From Alphaproteobacteria bacterium (GTDB lineage Bacteria; Pseudomonadota; Alphaproteobacteria; Bin95): DNA of 64,000 bases. The DNA lies in contig CAXXWS020000002.1 in NCBI GenBank assembly GCA_963665325.3, forward strand, positions 224,001-288,000, read 5' to 3'. Shown one piece after another: positions 42,472 through 53,783 of this stretch. A program made the translations under genes and the position numbers. Each line of letters opens with the position of its first letter. The first letter of the stretch is position 1. Below the pieces are notes generated by a model. That model saw nothing but the letters and a program-made list of their open reading frames with translations, searched no databases and was not told where the DNA came from.

Positions 42472-43347
42472 ATGACCGAGGCGGCGCTCGTTCCGCTGCT
42501 TGTCCGCATTGCCGATGCGCTGGAACGGCTGGCTCCCGAGCCGGGGGCGGCGCCGGACCTCGCTTCGGCCGACGCCTTCGTCTGGCATGCCGAGGGCGGG
42601 CGGCTCGCGGCGGTGGCGGAGGTGAGCCACGTGGCGCTGCCGCTGCTGCGCGGCATCGACCATGTGACGAACATCCTGCTGGAGAACACGCGGCGTTTCG
42701 CAGACGGTCTGCCCGCCAACAACGCCCTGCTCTGGGGCGCGCGCGGCATGGGCAAGTCCTCGCTGGTCAAGGCCATCCACGCCCATATCGCGGCCGAGCG
42801 GCCGGGGGCGCTGGCGCTGGTGGAAATCCACCGCGAGGACATCGGCTCGCTGCCGGGCCTGCTGGCGCTGCTCCGCGATGCCGGGCGGCGCTTCGTGCTG
42901 TTCTGCGACGACCTCTCCTTCGACGGCAGCGACACCACCTACAAGTCGCTGAAGGCCGTGCTCGAAGGCGGGCTGGAGGGCCGGCCGGAGAATGTCGTGT
43001 TCTACGCGACCTCCAACCGCCGTCACCTGATGCCGCGCGACATGATCGAGAACGAGCGCTCGACGGCGATCAGCCCCGCGGAGGCGGTCGAGGAGAAGGT
43101 GTCGCTGTCGGACCGCTTCGGCCTCTGGCTCGGCTTCCACAATTGCGACCAGGCAACCTATTTTGAGATGGTCGAGGGCTATGCCGCGCATTTCGACCTG
43201 GAGGTGGAGAGCGGGGCGCTGCGCCGGCAGGCGAACGAATGGGCCATAACGCGGGGCGGGCGCTCCGGCCGCGTCGCCTGGCAGTTCGTGCAGGACCTGG
43301 CGGGCGGGCTCGGCCGGAAGCTGAACGGGAAGGGCGGCGCCCAATGA
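42472..43347 (+). CDS. DUF815 AAA+ family ATPase
   Basis: PANNALLWGARGMGKSS, FCDDLSF, YATSNRRHL and EEKVSLSDRFGLWLGF. Confidence 0.92.
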   Translation: MTEAALVPLLVRIADALERLAPEPGAAPDLASADAFVWHAEGGRLAAVAEVSHVALPLLRGIDHVTNILLENTRRFADGLPANNALLWGARGMGKSSLVKAIHAHIAAERPGALALVEIHREDIGSLPGLLALLRDAGRRFVLFCDDLSFDGSDTTYKSLKAVLEGGLEGRPENVVFYATSNRRHLMPRDMIENERSTAISPAEAVEEKVSLSDRFGLWLGFHNCDQATYFEMVEGYAAHFDLEVESGALRRQANEWAITRGGRSGRVAWQFVQDLAGGLGRKLNGKGGAQ

Positions 43348-43970
43348 TCCTGCTGATCGATAACTATGACAGCTTCGTCTACAACCTGATGCACTTCCTG
43401 GGCGAACTCGGGGCGGAAATCGAGGTCCGGCGCAACGATGCGCTGAGTGCCGACGAGGCGCTGGCGATGCAGCCGGAAGCGATCGTGATCTCGCCCGGCC
43501 CCTGCGACCCCGACAAGGCCGGCATCTGCCTGGAACTGGTGGAGAAGGCCGCCGGACGGGTACCGCTCTTCGGCGTCTGCCTCGGCCACCAGTGCATCGG
43601 CCAGAGCTTCGGCGGCGATGTCCGGCGCGCGCCGGTCTGCATGCATGGCAAGCTCTCGCGCATCCACCATGACGGCACGGGCGTGTTCGCCGGCCTGCCG
43701 TCCCCCTTCGAGGCGACGCGCTACCACTCGCTGACCGTGGAGCGGGACAATCTGCCGGAGGACATGGCGGTAAATGCTTGGACCGAGGACGGTATCGTCA
43801 TGGGCCTGCGTCACCGCACGCAGGAGGTCCACGGCGTGCAGTTCCACCCCGAGAGCATCGCTTCCGAGCACGGCCACCGGTTGCTCGCCAACTTCCTGAC
43901 TTCGGTATCGGGGCAGGCGCCGGAAGGGGCGCCGAAGCCGCTGCCGGAGCGGCGGGTGTTCGCGGCATGA
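43344..43970 (+). CDS. trpG: anthranilate synthase component II
   Basis: IDNYDSF, SPGP, GVCLGHQ and GVQFHPES. Confidence 0.95.
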   Translation: MILLIDNYDSFVYNLMHFLGELGAEIEVRRNDALSADEALAMQPEAIVISPGPCDPDKAGICLELVEKAAGRVPLFGVCLGHQCIGQSFGGDVRRAPVCMHGKLSRIHHDGTGVFAGLPSPFEATRYHSLTVERDNLPEDMAVNAWTEDGIVMGLRHRTQEVHGVQFHPESIASEHGHRLLANFLTSVSGQAPEGAPKPLPERRVFAA

Positions 43971-44986
43971 GCGGCGACTTGAGGGCCATTCTGGCGCGCG
44001 TGGCCGACGGCGCGATGCTCGGCGAGGCGGAGGCGGAGGCCGCCTTCGAGATATTGATGTCCGGCGACGCCACGCCCTCCCAGGCGGGCGCCTTCCTGAT
44101 GGCGCTGCGCGTGCGCGGCGAGACCATCGACGAGATCACGGGCGCGGCGCGGATCATGCGCGAGAAGGTGCTCGGCATCGAGGCGCCGGCGGACGCCATC
44201 GACACCGCCGGCACGGGCGGCGACGACAAGGGAACGCTCAACATTTCCACCGCCGCCGCGCTCCTGCTGGCCGGCGCGGGCGTTCCCGTGGTCAAGCACG
44301 GCAACCGGGCGCTCTCTTCGCGGGCGGGCTCCTCCGATGTGCTGGCGGCGCTCGGCGTCGATATCGACTGCGACATGGCGCTCGTCTCGAAGGCGCTCGA
44401 AGAGGCGGGCATCTGCTTCCTCATGGCGCCCCGCCATCACGGCGCCATGCGCCATGTCGCCGGCACGCGGGTCGAGCTCGGCACGCGCACGATCTTCAAC
44501 CTGCTGGGGCCGCTCTCCAACCCCGCGGGCGCGCGCCGCCAGCTTGTCGGCGTGTTCGCGGAGCGCTGGATCGAGCCGCTCGCCCATGTGCTCGGCAATC
44601 TCGGCGGCGAGCGCGCCTGGGTCGTCCACGGCTCGGACGGCATGGACGAGCTTACGACCACGGGCATCAGCCATGTGGCGGAGTTGAAGGGGGGCGCCGT
44701 CAGGCGGTTCGAGGTCGATCCGCGCGAGATCGGCCTGCCGCTTGCTGCGCCGGAGGACCTGCTGGGCGGCGATCCGGAATACAATGCCGGCGCGATGCGG
44801 ACCCTGCTGGACGGGGGGGCCGGCCCGTATCGCGACATCGTGGTGCTGAACACCGCTGCCGCCCTCGTGGTGGCGGAACGTGCCGGGACGCTGGCCGAAG
44901 GCAGGGCGCTGGCCGAAGACGTCATAGACAGCGGCGCAGCGCAGGACCGCCTCGCGGCGCTGGTGCGCGTCACCAATGGCGGCTGA
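43967..44986 (+). CDS. trpD: anthranilate phosphoribosyltransferase
   Basis: [17 protein letters not shown] and [13 protein letters not shown]. Confidence 0.97.
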   Translation: MSGDLRAILARVADGAMLGEAEAEAAFEILMSGDATPSQAGAFLMALRVRGETIDEITGAARIMREKVLGIEAPADAIDTAGTGGDDKGTLNISTAAALLLAGAGVPVVKHGNRALSSRAGSSDVLAALGVDIDCDMALVSKALEEAGICFLMAPRHHGAMRHVAGTRVELGTRTIFNLLGPLSNPAGARRQLVGVFAERWIEPLAHVLGNLGGERAWVVHGSDGMDELTTTGISHVAELKGGAVRRFEVDPREIGLPLAAPEDLLGGDPEYNAGAMRTLLDGGAGPYRDIVVLNTAAALVVAERAGTLAEGRALAEDVIDSGAAQDRLAALVRVTNGG

Positions 44987-45005
44987 GGCGCCCGGAAGAG
45001 GAGGC

Positions 45006-45803
45006 ATGTCGGACACTCTCGCCAGGATCGTCGCCGAGAAGCGCGGGCATGTGGCGCGGATGAAGCGCGAGCGGCCGCGCTCATGGTTCGACGCGGCGGA
45101 CGGCGGCGGGCCGCGCGGCTTCGCGGCGGCGCTGGCCCGCGCGGACGGCTACGGCCTGATAGCGGAGATCAAGAAGGCCTCGCCCAGCAAGGGCTTGATT
45201 CGCGCCGATTTCGACCCCGCGACGCTCGCGCGGGCCTATCTCGACGGCGGCGCCACCTGCCTGTCGGTGCTGACCGACACGCCATATTTCCAGGGCGAGG
45301 ACCGCTACCTGGCCGAAGCGCGGGACACCGCGCCGCTGCCGGCGCTGCGCAAGGATTTCATGGTCGATCCCTGGCAGGTCGCGGAAGCCCGCGCGCTCGG
45401 GGCGGACTGCATCCTCATCATCCTTGCCGCCGTGGACGACGCGCTCGCTGGAGAACTGGAAGCAGCGGCGTTCGAACTCGGCATGGACGCGCTGGTCGAG
45501 GTGCATGACGAGGCGGAACTGGAACGCGCGCTCCGCCTTTCCTCGCCGCTCATCGGCATCAACAACCGCAACCTCAAGACGCTGGAAGTCGATCTGGCCA
45601 CCGCCGAGCGCCTGGCGCCGATGGTTCCGGGGGACCGCATCGTTATCGGCGAAAGCGGGCTTGCGGCCACCGCCGACCTGGAGCGGCTGGCGAAGGTCGG
45701 CGTCACTCGTTTCCTGGTTGGCGAGTCGCTGATGCGCGAGGCGGATGTGGCGGCCGCGACGCGCGCCCTGCTCGGACTCGACATGCTGCGGCAGGCGGTA
45801 TGA
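45006..45803 (+). CDS. trpC: indole-3-glycerol phosphate synthase
   Basis: [22 protein letters not shown] and GINNRNL; RBS GAGG. Confidence 0.97.
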   Translation: MSDTLARIVAEKRGHVARMKRERPRSWFDAADGGGPRGFAAALARADGYGLIAEIKKASPSKGLIRADFDPATLARAYLDGGATCLSVLTDTPYFQGEDRYLAEARDTAPLPALRKDFMVDPWQVAEARALGADCILIILAAVDDALAGELEAAAFELGMDALVEVHDEAELERALRLSSPLIGINNRNLKTLEVDLATAERLAPMVPGDRIVIGESGLAATADLERLAKVGVTRFLVGESLMREADVAAATRALLGLDMLRQAV

Positions 45804-46282
45804 GCGCGCGCCTCACTCATTTCGACGAGGAAGGCCGTGCGGCCATGGTGGATGTATCCGCCAAGGCTGAGACCGAGCGCGTCGCCGTTGCCGGGGGCCG
45901 GGTCGCCATGGCCCCGGAAACGCTGGCGCTGATCCGGGCGGGCGAAATCGGCAAGGGCGACGTGCTGGGCGTTGCGCGCCTCGCCGGCATCATGGCCGCC
46001 AAGCGCACGGCGGACCTGATCCCGCTCTGCCACCCGCTGGGGCTGACCTCCGTCGCTGTCGACCTGGTTGCCAACGAGGCCGCTTCGGCCGTGGAGATCA
46101 CCGCGACCTGCCGGCTGAAGGGCCGGACCGGCGTCGAGATGGAAGCGCTGACCGCCGTCTCGGTGGCGGCGCTCACCGTCTATGACATGTGCAAGGCGGT
46201 GGACCGCGGCATGACGGTCAAGGCCGTGCGCCTGCTGCGCAAGGAAGGCGGGAAGTCCGGCACCTGGATCGCGCCGGCGTGA
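45800..46282 (+). CDS. moaC: cyclic pyranopterin monophosphate synthase
   Basis: [23 protein letters not shown] and YDMCKA. Confidence 0.97.
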   Translation: MSARLTHFDEEGRAAMVDVSAKAETERVAVAGGRVAMAPETLALIRAGEIGKGDVLGVARLAGIMAAKRTADLIPLCHPLGLTSVAVDLVANEAASAVEITATCRLKGRTGVEMEALTAVSVAALTVYDMCKAVDRGMTVKAVRLLRKEGGKSGTWIAPA

Positions 46283-47472
46283 TTCCGGTCGCCGAAGCGA
46301 TAGCCCGCGTCCTCGCGGAGGCGCAGCCCCTGCCCGCGGAAATGGTTTCGCTCGGCGACGGGCTCGGCCGGGTGCTGGCGGAAGACCTGGCGTCCCGGCG
46401 CACCCAGCCGCCGGCGGCGGTTTCCGCCATGGACGGCTATGCGGTCCGCGCGGAAGACGTGGCCCGGACCCCGGCGGAATTGCGCATCGTGGCGGAGATC
46501 GCCGCCGGGGCGGCCTGGACGGGCGAGGTCGGGCAGGGTGAGGCGGCGCGAATCTTCACCGGCGCGCCCGTGCCCGACGGAGCCGACGCCATCGTCATTC
46601 AGGAGGATTGCGAGCGGTCTGGAGACCTTGTGTCGGTGCGCGAAGCGGCGAAGGCTGGCGGCTTTGTCCGCCCGGCGGGGCTCGACTTCGCGGAGGGCGA
46701 CGTGCTGTTGCGAGCCGGGCGGCGGCTCAACTCGCGCGATATCGGCCTCGCCGCGGCGATGAACCGGCCGTGGCTGCCGGTAGCGCGCCGCCCGCGCGTG
46801 GCCCTGCTGGCGACGGGGGACGAGATCGCCTTGCCGGGAGAGCCGCTCGGACCCCAGCAGATCGTCAGCTCCAGCGGGCCGGGTCTGGGGGCGCTCGTCG
46901 CGGAAGCAGGCGGGGTGCCGATCTCGCTCGGCGTGGCGGAGGACAGTGTGGATTCGCTCCGCGCGCGCGCTGCGGGGGCCGAAGGGGCGGACATCCTCGT
47001 GACCATGGGCGGGGCGTCAGTCGGCGAGCACGATCTTGTGCAGGAGGCGCTGGCCGCAGACGGCCTCGAAGTCGATTTCTGGCGCATCGCCATGCGGCCG
47101 GGAAAGCCGCTCATGTTCGGTCGCATGGGCGGGTCACTGGTATTGGGGCTGCCCGGCAACCCGGTCTCGGCCTTTGTCTGTGCGCTGCTGTTCCTGCGGC
47201 CCCTGATCGACGCAATGCTGGGCCTGCCGGCCGGGCCGCCCGCGCGCGAGCCGGCCCGGCTCGGGACGGACTTGGCCGCGAATGACAGGCGCGAGGACTA
47301 TCTGCGCGCCCGGCTCGCCCCGGATGGCGAGGGCCTGCCCGTGGCGACGCCCTTCGCGCGCCAGGACAGTTCCATGCTGGCGCGATTCGTGGAGGCCGAC
47401 GCGCTTCTGGTCCGCGCGCCCCACGCCCCGCCGGCCAGCGCCGGCGACCTCGTCGACATCATCCGCCTGTGA
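46279..47472 (+). CDS. moeA: molybdopterin molybdotransferase
   Basis: [31 protein letters not shown] and LPGNP; GTGA overlap with moaC. Confidence 0.96.
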   Translation: MIPVAEAIARVLAEAQPLPAEMVSLGDGLGRVLAEDLASRRTQPPAAVSAMDGYAVRAEDVARTPAELRIVAEIAAGAAWTGEVGQGEAARIFTGAPVPDGADAIVIQEDCERSGDLVSVREAAKAGGFVRPAGLDFAEGDVLLRAGRRLNSRDIGLAAAMNRPWLPVARRPRVALLATGDEIALPGEPLGPQQIVSSSGPGLGALVAEAGGVPISLGVAEDSVDSLRARAAGAEGADILVTMGGASVGEHDLVQEALAADGLEVDFWRIAMRPGKPLMFGRMGGSLVLGLPGNPVSAFVCALLFLRPLIDAMLGLPAGPPAREPARLGTDLAANDRREDYLRARLAPDGEGLPVATPFARQDSSMLARFVEADALLVRAPHAPPASAGDLVDIIRL

Positions 47473-47488
47473 GGCGTTTGAGGCAGCG

Positions 47489-47989
47489 CTAACGGCCGCT
47501 GCGCAGTTCTGGGGGCGGGTATTCCCGGAGCGCGAAGTCGAGGCTGTCACGGCCGCAGTTCATCCGCTTCATGTTGAAGCGCAGGTGGCCCGCCTTGCGT
47601 CTGCGCCAGAACCCGCCGAAGGCGACCACGATCCAGGGGAAGGATGGCGCCGGCGGCGCGAAATGGATGAGAAGCTCGTTGCGGCTGAGCAGCGACTGCT
47701 GGCGGATTGTGCGGATGCCGGACCAGTCCCGGTGGGGAATGTCGAAAATCGGGAAGGCGATCCCGCTCCGGTCGAAGACGACCGCGGGCAGATGGGCGCG
47801 GCGGACGATCCAGGCCGCATAGCAGGCAATGCCGCCCAGCAGCGCCGCCAGCAGCGCCGCCATAGCAAGCGGCGGACCCTGCTTGCCGGCCATCAGGCCG
47901 TTGACCAGCAGCGCCAGCAGGCCGATCGACACGAGCCCGGCGGCGACCGCCAGCATGACATAGGTGGGCCGGTAGTAGTAGATCGTCAT
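47489..47989 (-). CDS. hypothetical membrane protein
   Basis: Two N-terminal hydrophobic helices followed by a PH-like soluble segment. Fills the moeA-lexA gap on the opposite strand; start uncertain (ORF open to 48025). Confidence 0.6.
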   Translation of the reverse strand: MTIYYYRPTYVMLAVAAGLVSIGLLALLVNGLMAGKQGPPLAMAALLAALLGGIACYAAWIVRRAHLPAVVFDRSGIAFPIFDIPHRDWSGIRTIRQQSLLSRNELLIHFAPPAPSFPWIVVAFGGFWRRRKAGHLRFNMKRMNCGRDSLDFALREYPPPELRSGR

Positions 47990-48144
47990 GGGCTGGCCTA
48001 TAGCCGGGCGGGTGTTCCGGAGCAAGCAGGGGTTGCCCTCGCGGGCGTGAGCTGTCGCTCGGGTCCGAAGGTATCAGAACCTATGCCCCTGGTTTATTGC
48101 GTCCCCTTTCCCATTACTCACTCCGTTGGCGCATACTCTTTCGC

Positions 48145-48173
48145 TTGACGCCTGCTTCGAACTAATGTAGAAC
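48145..48173 (+). promoter_or_regulatory. lexA promoter overlapped by alphaproteobacterial SOS box
   Basis: -35 TTGACG (48145-50), N17, -10 TAGAAC. Direct repeat GAAC-TAATGTA-GAAC (48159-48173) matches the alpha LexA box GAAC-N7-GAAC. Confidence 0.85.
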
Positions 48174-48226
48174 AACGATACCGGTGTCCGGTTCGTATAA
48201 GGAACATTGCTGGAGGGAACGGCAGC

Positions 48227-48904
48227 ATGTTGACCAGGAAGCAGAACGAATTGCTGCTGTACATCTCGCAGCAGATTTCCAAGGACGGTGTGTCGCCTTC
48301 CTTCGACGAGATGAAGGACGCGCTTGGCCTCAAGTCGAAATCGGGCGTCCACCGGCTGGTGACAGCGCTGGAGGAACGGGGATTCATCCGCCGGTTCGCG
48401 AACCGCGCCCGCGCGCTCGAGATCGCGCGCTTGCCGGAAGCCGAGGCGTATGAGGGCCGGGGCCGCACGGGGCGGCCGGCTTTTCGCGGCTTCCGCCGGC
48501 GTCTCGATCCGGCCGACACGGTGCAGAACGAACTGCCTCTCTACGGGCGCATCGCCGCCGGCACGCCGATCGAGGCGCTGCGCGACCCGGACAGCACGGT
48601 GGCCGTGCCGCAGGGCATGATCGGCAGCGGGCGCCACTATGCGCTCGAGATCGCAGGCGACTCGATGGTCGATGCCGGGATCATGGATGGCGACACGGTC
48701 ATCATCCAGGAGTGCGAGGAAGTGGAAAGCGGCGCCATCGTGGTGGCGCTGGTCGATTCCGAGGAGGCCACGCTGAAAATCTGGCGCCCGGCGAACGGTC
48801 GCGTGGTGCTGGAAGCCGCCAACGACGCCCATCCGGCACAGGATTACGATCCGGAACAGGTCCAGGTCCAGGGCCGGCTTGTCGGGCTGCTTCGGGACTA
48901 CTAG
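48227..48904 (+). CDS. lexA: SOS repressor LexA
   Basis: PSFDEMKDALGLKSKSGVHRL alpha-type HTH, RIAAG cleavage site, GDSM Ser and EATLK Lys. Confidence 0.98.
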   Translation: MLTRKQNELLLYISQQISKDGVSPSFDEMKDALGLKSKSGVHRLVTALEERGFIRRFANRARALEIARLPEAEAYEGRGRTGRPAFRGFRRRLDPADTVQNELPLYGRIAAGTPIEALRDPDSTVAVPQGMIGSGRHYALEIAGDSMVDAGIMDGDTVIIQECEEVESGAIVVALVDSEEATLKIWRPANGRVVLEAANDAHPAQDYDPEQVQVQGRLVGLLRDY

Positions 48905-50916
48905 TCCGCGGGCCGGGGCCCGGCGAGCGCGACCCAGGGCCGCCGGCCGCGGCGGTCCCAGTCGGTCTCTACAACCGGGCCCTCGGACGTGAAGCGGATT
49001 GAATGCGAGCCCAGCCGGCGCAGGCGTTGCCGGTCCACGATCAACACGTTGTCCGCGCAGTAGCGCCGCCGGGCCCGGCGGGAGACCGTCACCGCCGACA
49101 GCACGATTCCGACGCGCCGGCAGTCCTCCTCCAGTGCTTCGTGACGCAGGATGATCGCGAGTCCGTCAGCCGCACAGCCGAGCGGGTCGCAGGAAAGGCC
49201 GGGGCTGCCGGGCGCAGTGGAGCCCGGTTCTTCGGCGCCTGCAGCTTCCATCCACACCCGGCCGAGGAAGCCGGCGCGTGTCTTCGAAAGGTATAGCCGG
49301 CCGTCCGCATGGCGGGCGAAAAGGCGGGCGTCGCTGTCGGCCATGAGGTCGGGCGGATGCGCGCCGGCATGGATTGCAAGCGCTGCGGCGAGGCCGGCAA
49401 CGCCGAGGAGCCGCCATCGGGTTTGCCATAAGCAGAGCCAGAGGCCGCCGGCCGCGGCCGCGATCGCGCCCGCCACCGGCATGGGCGGAAAGCGGCGCAC
49501 TGCGCCGGGCAAGGCGGAAACCGTTTCGGCTGTCCAAAGCACTGCATCGATGCCGGCCTCCATGACCGCAAGCGGCCAGGCTTCGAGGCCGAGGGGCATG
49601 GCAAGCGTGCCGAGGATTGCCGCCGGCATGATCCAGAAGGCCGCGGCCGGGACGGCAATAAGGTTCGCAGCAAGGCCGTAGGCGGCGATGCGGCCGAAGT
49701 GGTGCGCTGCAAACGGCGCCGTCGCGAGCGTTGCTACGATGGTGGTGAGCAGGGTTGCGGCCAGAAAGAACGGTGCGCGCCCCAGCCGGGAGCGGGCCTC
49801 GGAAAGAGAGGGGGCCAGCCATTCGTAAACGGCGACCAGCGCCGCGACGGCCGCAAAGGAGAGCTGGAAGCTCGCTGTGGTCAGCGCATACGGCTCCAGG
49901 ATCAACACGGCGAAGGCAGCCAGCGCCACCAGCCGCATGCCGATTTCCAGACGGTCCACCATGACTGCAAGCAAGGCGAGCGAGACCATGACGAAGGCCC
50001 GCTGGGTCGGCACGGTTGCGCCCGCGAGCAGCATGTAGAAGAAGGCGGCGGCGATGGCTGTCGCCGCCGCCCATTTCTTGACCGGGTAGCGGAGCGCCAC
50101 GCCCGGCCACAAGGCGAGTGCGGCCCTGACCGCAGCGAAGACGAGGCCCGCCACGAGGCCCAGATGCAGGCCGGAGATCGCGAGCAGATGGGCGAGGCCT
50201 GCATCGCGGATCGCCTGATGTGCCGCCCTGGGCAGGTCGCCGCGAAGGCCCGTCGTGAGTGCGATGGCGACGCCGGCCGCTGCTGGATCGGCGATGGCCT
50301 TGCCGATGCGTGTAGCGATCCCGTGGCGCAGCCGCTCGATGCCCCGGTCTTCGGCGGCTTCCAGAAGGCGCGGATGGCCGAGCCCGAAGCCCGCTGCGCC
50401 GATACCCTGGTAGAAGGCCCGCCTCGCCGGGTCGTAACCGCCGGGCATAGCGGGCTGGGGCACGGGCTCCAGCCGGGCGAGCACGGAGATGCGCGCGCCG
50501 GGGCCAGCGCCCGGCGGCAGCGACGCGAGGCGCAGGCGCAGGCGTTCAGGCGTCCGTTCCGGGGGGAGCCGCGAGACGGTTGCATCCTCCAGCACCACTC
50601 GAACCGGGCCTTCGATCCGGTCCTGGCGGAGAATCCTGCCGCTCACCTCGGTCGGGCCGATGGAACGCTCCAGCACCGGTGCGCGGGCGAGCTCGGTATG
50701 GAAGCCGGCCCAGAAAAGCCCGGCAATGGCCAGGGCGGCAGCGAGGCCTGCCGGGAAGAGCGCCGACCGGCGGAGATAGACGGCAAGCAGAGCCGCCAGG
50801 CCGGCTGCCGAGGCCGTGATATGGATCGGCGGCTCGAAATCGAGCGAGAAATAGACGCCGATGCCGAGCGCGAAGAAAACCGGCAGCCAGAGCGCCCACC
50901 GGTCCCGCTCGCGCAT
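48901..50916 (-). CDS. comEC: ComEC/Rec2 family competence protein
   Basis: [25 protein letters not shown] and an N-terminal DUF4131-like region. The start may be upstream at 50997. Confidence 0.92.
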   Translation of the reverse strand: MRERDRWALWLPVFFALGIGVYFSLDFEPPIHITASAAGLAALLAVYLRRSALFPAGLAAALAIAGLFWAGFHTELARAPVLERSIGPTEVSGRILRQDRIEGPVRVVLEDATVSRLPPERTPERLRLRLASLPPGAGPGARISVLARLEPVPQPAMPGGYDPARRAFYQGIGAAGFGLGHPRLLEAAEDRGIERLRHGIATRIGKAIADPAAAGVAIALTTGLRGDLPRAAHQAIRDAGLAHLLAISGLHLGLVAGLVFAAVRAALALWPGVALRYPVKKWAAATAIAAAFFYMLLAGATVPTQRAFVMVSLALLAVMVDRLEIGMRLVALAAFAVLILEPYALTTASFQLSFAAVAALVAVYEWLAPSLSEARSRLGRAPFFLAATLLTTIVATLATAPFAAHHFGRIAAYGLAANLIAVPAAAFWIMPAAILGTLAMPLGLEAWPLAVMEAGIDAVLWTAETVSALPGAVRRFPPMPVAGAIAAAAGGLWLCLWQTRWRLLGVAGLAAALAIHAGAHPPDLMADSDARLFARHADGRLYLSKTRAGFLGRVWMEAAGAEEPGSTAPGSPGLSCDPLGCAADGLAIILRHEALEEDCRRVGIVLSAVTVSRRARRRYCADNVLIVDRQRLRRLGSHSIRFTSEGPVVETDWDRRGRRPWVALAGPRPAD

Positions 50917-50995
50917 CGGCAGCGTGCCAGCGGCCTTGACCTCTTGGCGCAGCCTTTCGATAAACGCGCGCCGCTTCCCGGAAGTATTGCCGCCC

Positions 50996-52384
50996 ATGAC
51001 CGTCGTTACCCGGTTCGCTCCTTCGCCCACCGGCCTCCTGCATATCGGGGGCGCACGCACGGCGCTATTCAATTGGCTCTTCGCGCGCCGCCATGGCGGG
51101 CGGTTCCTGCTGCGCATCGAGGACACGGACCGCCGGCGCTCGACGGAGGAGGCGGTCGCCGCGATCCTTGACGGGCTCGCCTGGCTCGGCCTCGACCCCG
51201 ACGAGCCCCCGAGCTACCAGTTCGCCCATCGGGCGCGTCATGCGGAGGTCGCCGGGGCGATGCTGGCGGCCGGGACGGCCTATCGTTGCTACGCCACGCC
51301 GGATGAGTTGCAGGCGATGCGCGAGGCAGCCGCCGCGCGCGGCGAGCGCTTTCGCTACAACGGGCTCTGGCGGGACCGGGACCCTGCGGAGGCGCCCGAG
51401 GATGCCCCCTTCGCGATCCGCCTCAAGGCGCCGCAGGAGGGCGAGACGGCCATCCGCGACCTTGTGCAGGGCGAGGTGCGGGTCGCCAATGCCGAACTCG
51501 ACGACATGGTGCTGCTGCGCGCCGATGGCACGCCCACTTACATGCTTTCCGTAGTGGTGGACGACCATGACACGGGCGTGACCCATGTCATCCGCGGCGA
51601 TGACCATCTGAACAACGCCTTCCGCCAGGCCCAGGTGTTCGAGGCGATGGGCTGGCCGCTGCCCGCCTTCGCCCATATCCCGCTGATCCACGGACCCGAT
51701 GGCGCGAAGCTGTCCAAGCGCCACGGCGCGCTCGGCGTCGATGCCTACCGCGAGATGGGGCTGCTGCCGGAAGCGGTGCGCAACTACCTGCTGCGTCTCG
51801 GTTGGAGCCACGGCGACGCCGAATTCGTCTCGACGGAAGAGGCCGTCGCCTGGTTCGGACTGGACGCGGTGGGCCGGTCGCCGGCGCGTTTCGACCGGGA
51901 GAAGCTGGAAAGCGTCAACGCCCACTACTTGCGCTCTGCCGAGGAGGACCGACTGCTTGGTCTGGTGGAACCGTTCCTCGCCGCGCCGCCAGACGAGGCC
52001 GGCCGGACGCGCCTCCGGGCCGGCCTGGGCGCGCTCCTCCCGCGAGCGAAGACCTTGATCGAGCTGGCCGACGCCGGTGCGATCTACACGGCGGCGCGGC
52101 CGCTGGAGCCGGATGCAAAGGCCGCGCGCCTGCTGGCGGACGAGGCGGCCCGTTCGCTGCTTGCGCGTTATGCGGCGGCGTTGGAAGGAGCGGAGTGGAC
52201 GGAGGCCGCGCTGGACTCCACGACGCGGGCTTTCGCGGAAGCCGAAGGGTTGGGCCTCGGGCGGATCGCCCAGCCGGCGCGCGCCGCACTTACCGGACGG
52301 ACCGCGTCGCCGGGCCTTTTCGAGGTGCTGGCGGCACTGGGCCGTGACGAGGCGCTGGGCCGCCTCGGCGACGCCGCACTGTGA
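50996..52384 (+). CDS. gltX: glutamate--tRNA ligase
   Basis: [14 protein letters not shown] (HIGH), LRIEDTD, IRGDDH and KLSKR (KMSKS). Confidence 0.97.
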   Translation: MTVVTRFAPSPTGLLHIGGARTALFNWLFARRHGGRFLLRIEDTDRRRSTEEAVAAILDGLAWLGLDPDEPPSYQFAHRARHAEVAGAMLAAGTAYRCYATPDELQAMREAAAARGERFRYNGLWRDRDPAEAPEDAPFAIRLKAPQEGETAIRDLVQGEVRVANAELDDMVLLRADGTPTYMLSVVVDDHDTGVTHVIRGDDHLNNAFRQAQVFEAMGWPLPAFAHIPLIHGPDGAKLSKRHGALGVDAYREMGLLPEAVRNYLLRLGWSHGDAEFVSTEEAVAWFGLDAVGRSPARFDREKLESVNAHYLRSAEEDRLLGLVEPFLAAPPDEAGRTRLRAGLGALLPRAKTLIELADAGAIYTAARPLEPDAKAARLLADEAARSLLARYAAALEGAEWTEAALDSTTRAFAEAEGLGLGRIAQPARAALTGRTASPGLFEVLAALGRDEALGRLGDAAL

Positions 52385-52413
52385 TTGCCAAGGCGGCCGT
52401 GCCGCCATATGGT
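52385..52413 (+). promoter_or_regulatory. putative sigma70 promoter of gltA
   Basis: TTGCCA-N17-TATGGT in the gltX-gltA gap. Confidence 0.5.
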
Positions 52414-52445
52414 GGCGCCCTAAGTCAGGGAGGATGAAGGGCGCG

Positions 52446-53741
52446 ATGACCAGCCGCACCGTTTCCATTGTAGATCGGGCGAACAACAAGACCGTTGAAC
52501 TGCCGATCATGAGCGGGACTTTGGGAACGGACGTCATCGACATCCGCTCCCTCTACAAGGAACTCGGCTATTTCACCTTCGACCCGGGCTACACCGCTAC
52601 CGGGAGCTGCCAGTCCAAGGTCACCTACATCGACGGCGACGAGGGCGTCCTGCTCTATCGCGGCTATCCCATCGAGCAGCTGGCCGAGCACTCCGACTAT
52701 ATGGAGACCTGCTACCTCATCCTGTTCGGGGAGCTGCCGAACGCGGAACAGAAGACGAAATTCGTTTACGACATCACGCATCACACGATGCTGCACGACC
52801 AGATCAACAATATCTATCGGGGCTTCCGGCGGGACGCTCACCCGATGGCAGTCATGTGCGGCGTGGTCGGCGCGCTGTCGGCCTTTTATCACGACAGCAT
52901 CGACATCGAGGATCCCTGGCACCGGACCGTCGCCTCCTACCGGATGATTGCCAAGATGCCGACCATCGCGGGCTGGGCGTACAAATATTCCATGGGCCAG
53001 CCCTTCACGTATCCACGCAACGACCTCGACTACGCCTCCAACTTTCTCCGGCTCTGCTTCGCGGTGCCGACGGAAGACTTCGAGGTCAACCCGGTGCTCG
53101 CCAAGGCGATGGACCTGATCTTCATCCTCCACGCCGACCACGAACAGAACGCGTCTGCCTCGACGGTGCGTCTGGCGGGCTCCACCGGCGCCAATCCGTT
53201 CGCTTGCATCGCCGCCGGCTGCGCGGCGCTCTGGGGGCCGAGCCATGGCGGGGCGAATGAAGAAGTGCTCAAGATGCTTGGCGAGATCGGCTCGGCCGAC
53301 AAGGTGGGCGACTGGGTGCTGAAGGCCAAGGATCCCGACGATCCCTTCCGTCTCTTCGGTTTCGGCCACCGGGTCTACAAGAACCATGACCCCCGGGCGC
53401 GGGTGATCCAGAAAGCCTGCTACGACGTGCTGAACGAGCTCGGCCTGCACGACCCGTTGCTGGAGGTCGCGCTTGAGCTGGAGAAGGTGGCGCTGGAGGA
53501 CGACTTTTTCGTCGAACGCCGCCTCTATCCGAATGTGGACTTCTATTCGGGTATCATCCTGAAGGCGATGGGCTTCCCGGTCTCCATGTTCACGGCGCTG
53601 TTCGCGGTGGGTCGTACGGTCGGCTGGATCGCCCAGTGGAACGAGTTGATCGAGGACCCCTCGCAGAAGATTAACCGACCCCGCCAGCTCTATACCGGCC
53701 CGCCCCAGAGAGACTACGTCCCCCTCGCCGACCGGGGCTAA
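52446..53741 (+). CDS. gltA: citrate synthase (type II)
   Basis: [33 protein letters not shown] and YPNVDFYSG. Alternative start at 52434. Confidence 0.98.
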   Translation: MTSRTVSIVDRANNKTVELPIMSGTLGTDVIDIRSLYKELGYFTFDPGYTATGSCQSKVTYIDGDEGVLLYRGYPIEQLAEHSDYMETCYLILFGELPNAEQKTKFVYDITHHTMLHDQINNIYRGFRRDAHPMAVMCGVVGALSAFYHDSIDIEDPWHRTVASYRMIAKMPTIAGWAYKYSMGQPFTYPRNDLDYASNFLRLCFAVPTEDFEVNPVLAKAMDLIFILHADHEQNASASTVRLAGSTGANPFACIAAGCAALWGPSHGGANEEVLKMLGEIGSADKVGDWVLKAKDPDDPFRLFGFGHRVYKNHDPRARVIQKACYDVLNELGLHDPLLEVALELEKVALEDDFFVERRLYPNVDFYSGIILKAMGFPVSMFTALFAVGRTVGWIAQWNELIEDPSQKINRPRQLYTGPPQRDYVPLADRG

Positions 53742-53783
53742 AGCGCCGACGGTAGTCGCCTCTTGTCGGGGGAAACACCGCTT

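Noticed and set aside
48901-49400. ComEC lacking a C-terminal metallo-beta-lactamase domain as a pseudogene
   Set aside because: The frame is intact, and shorter ComEC forms next to gltX are normal in Alphaproteobacteria.
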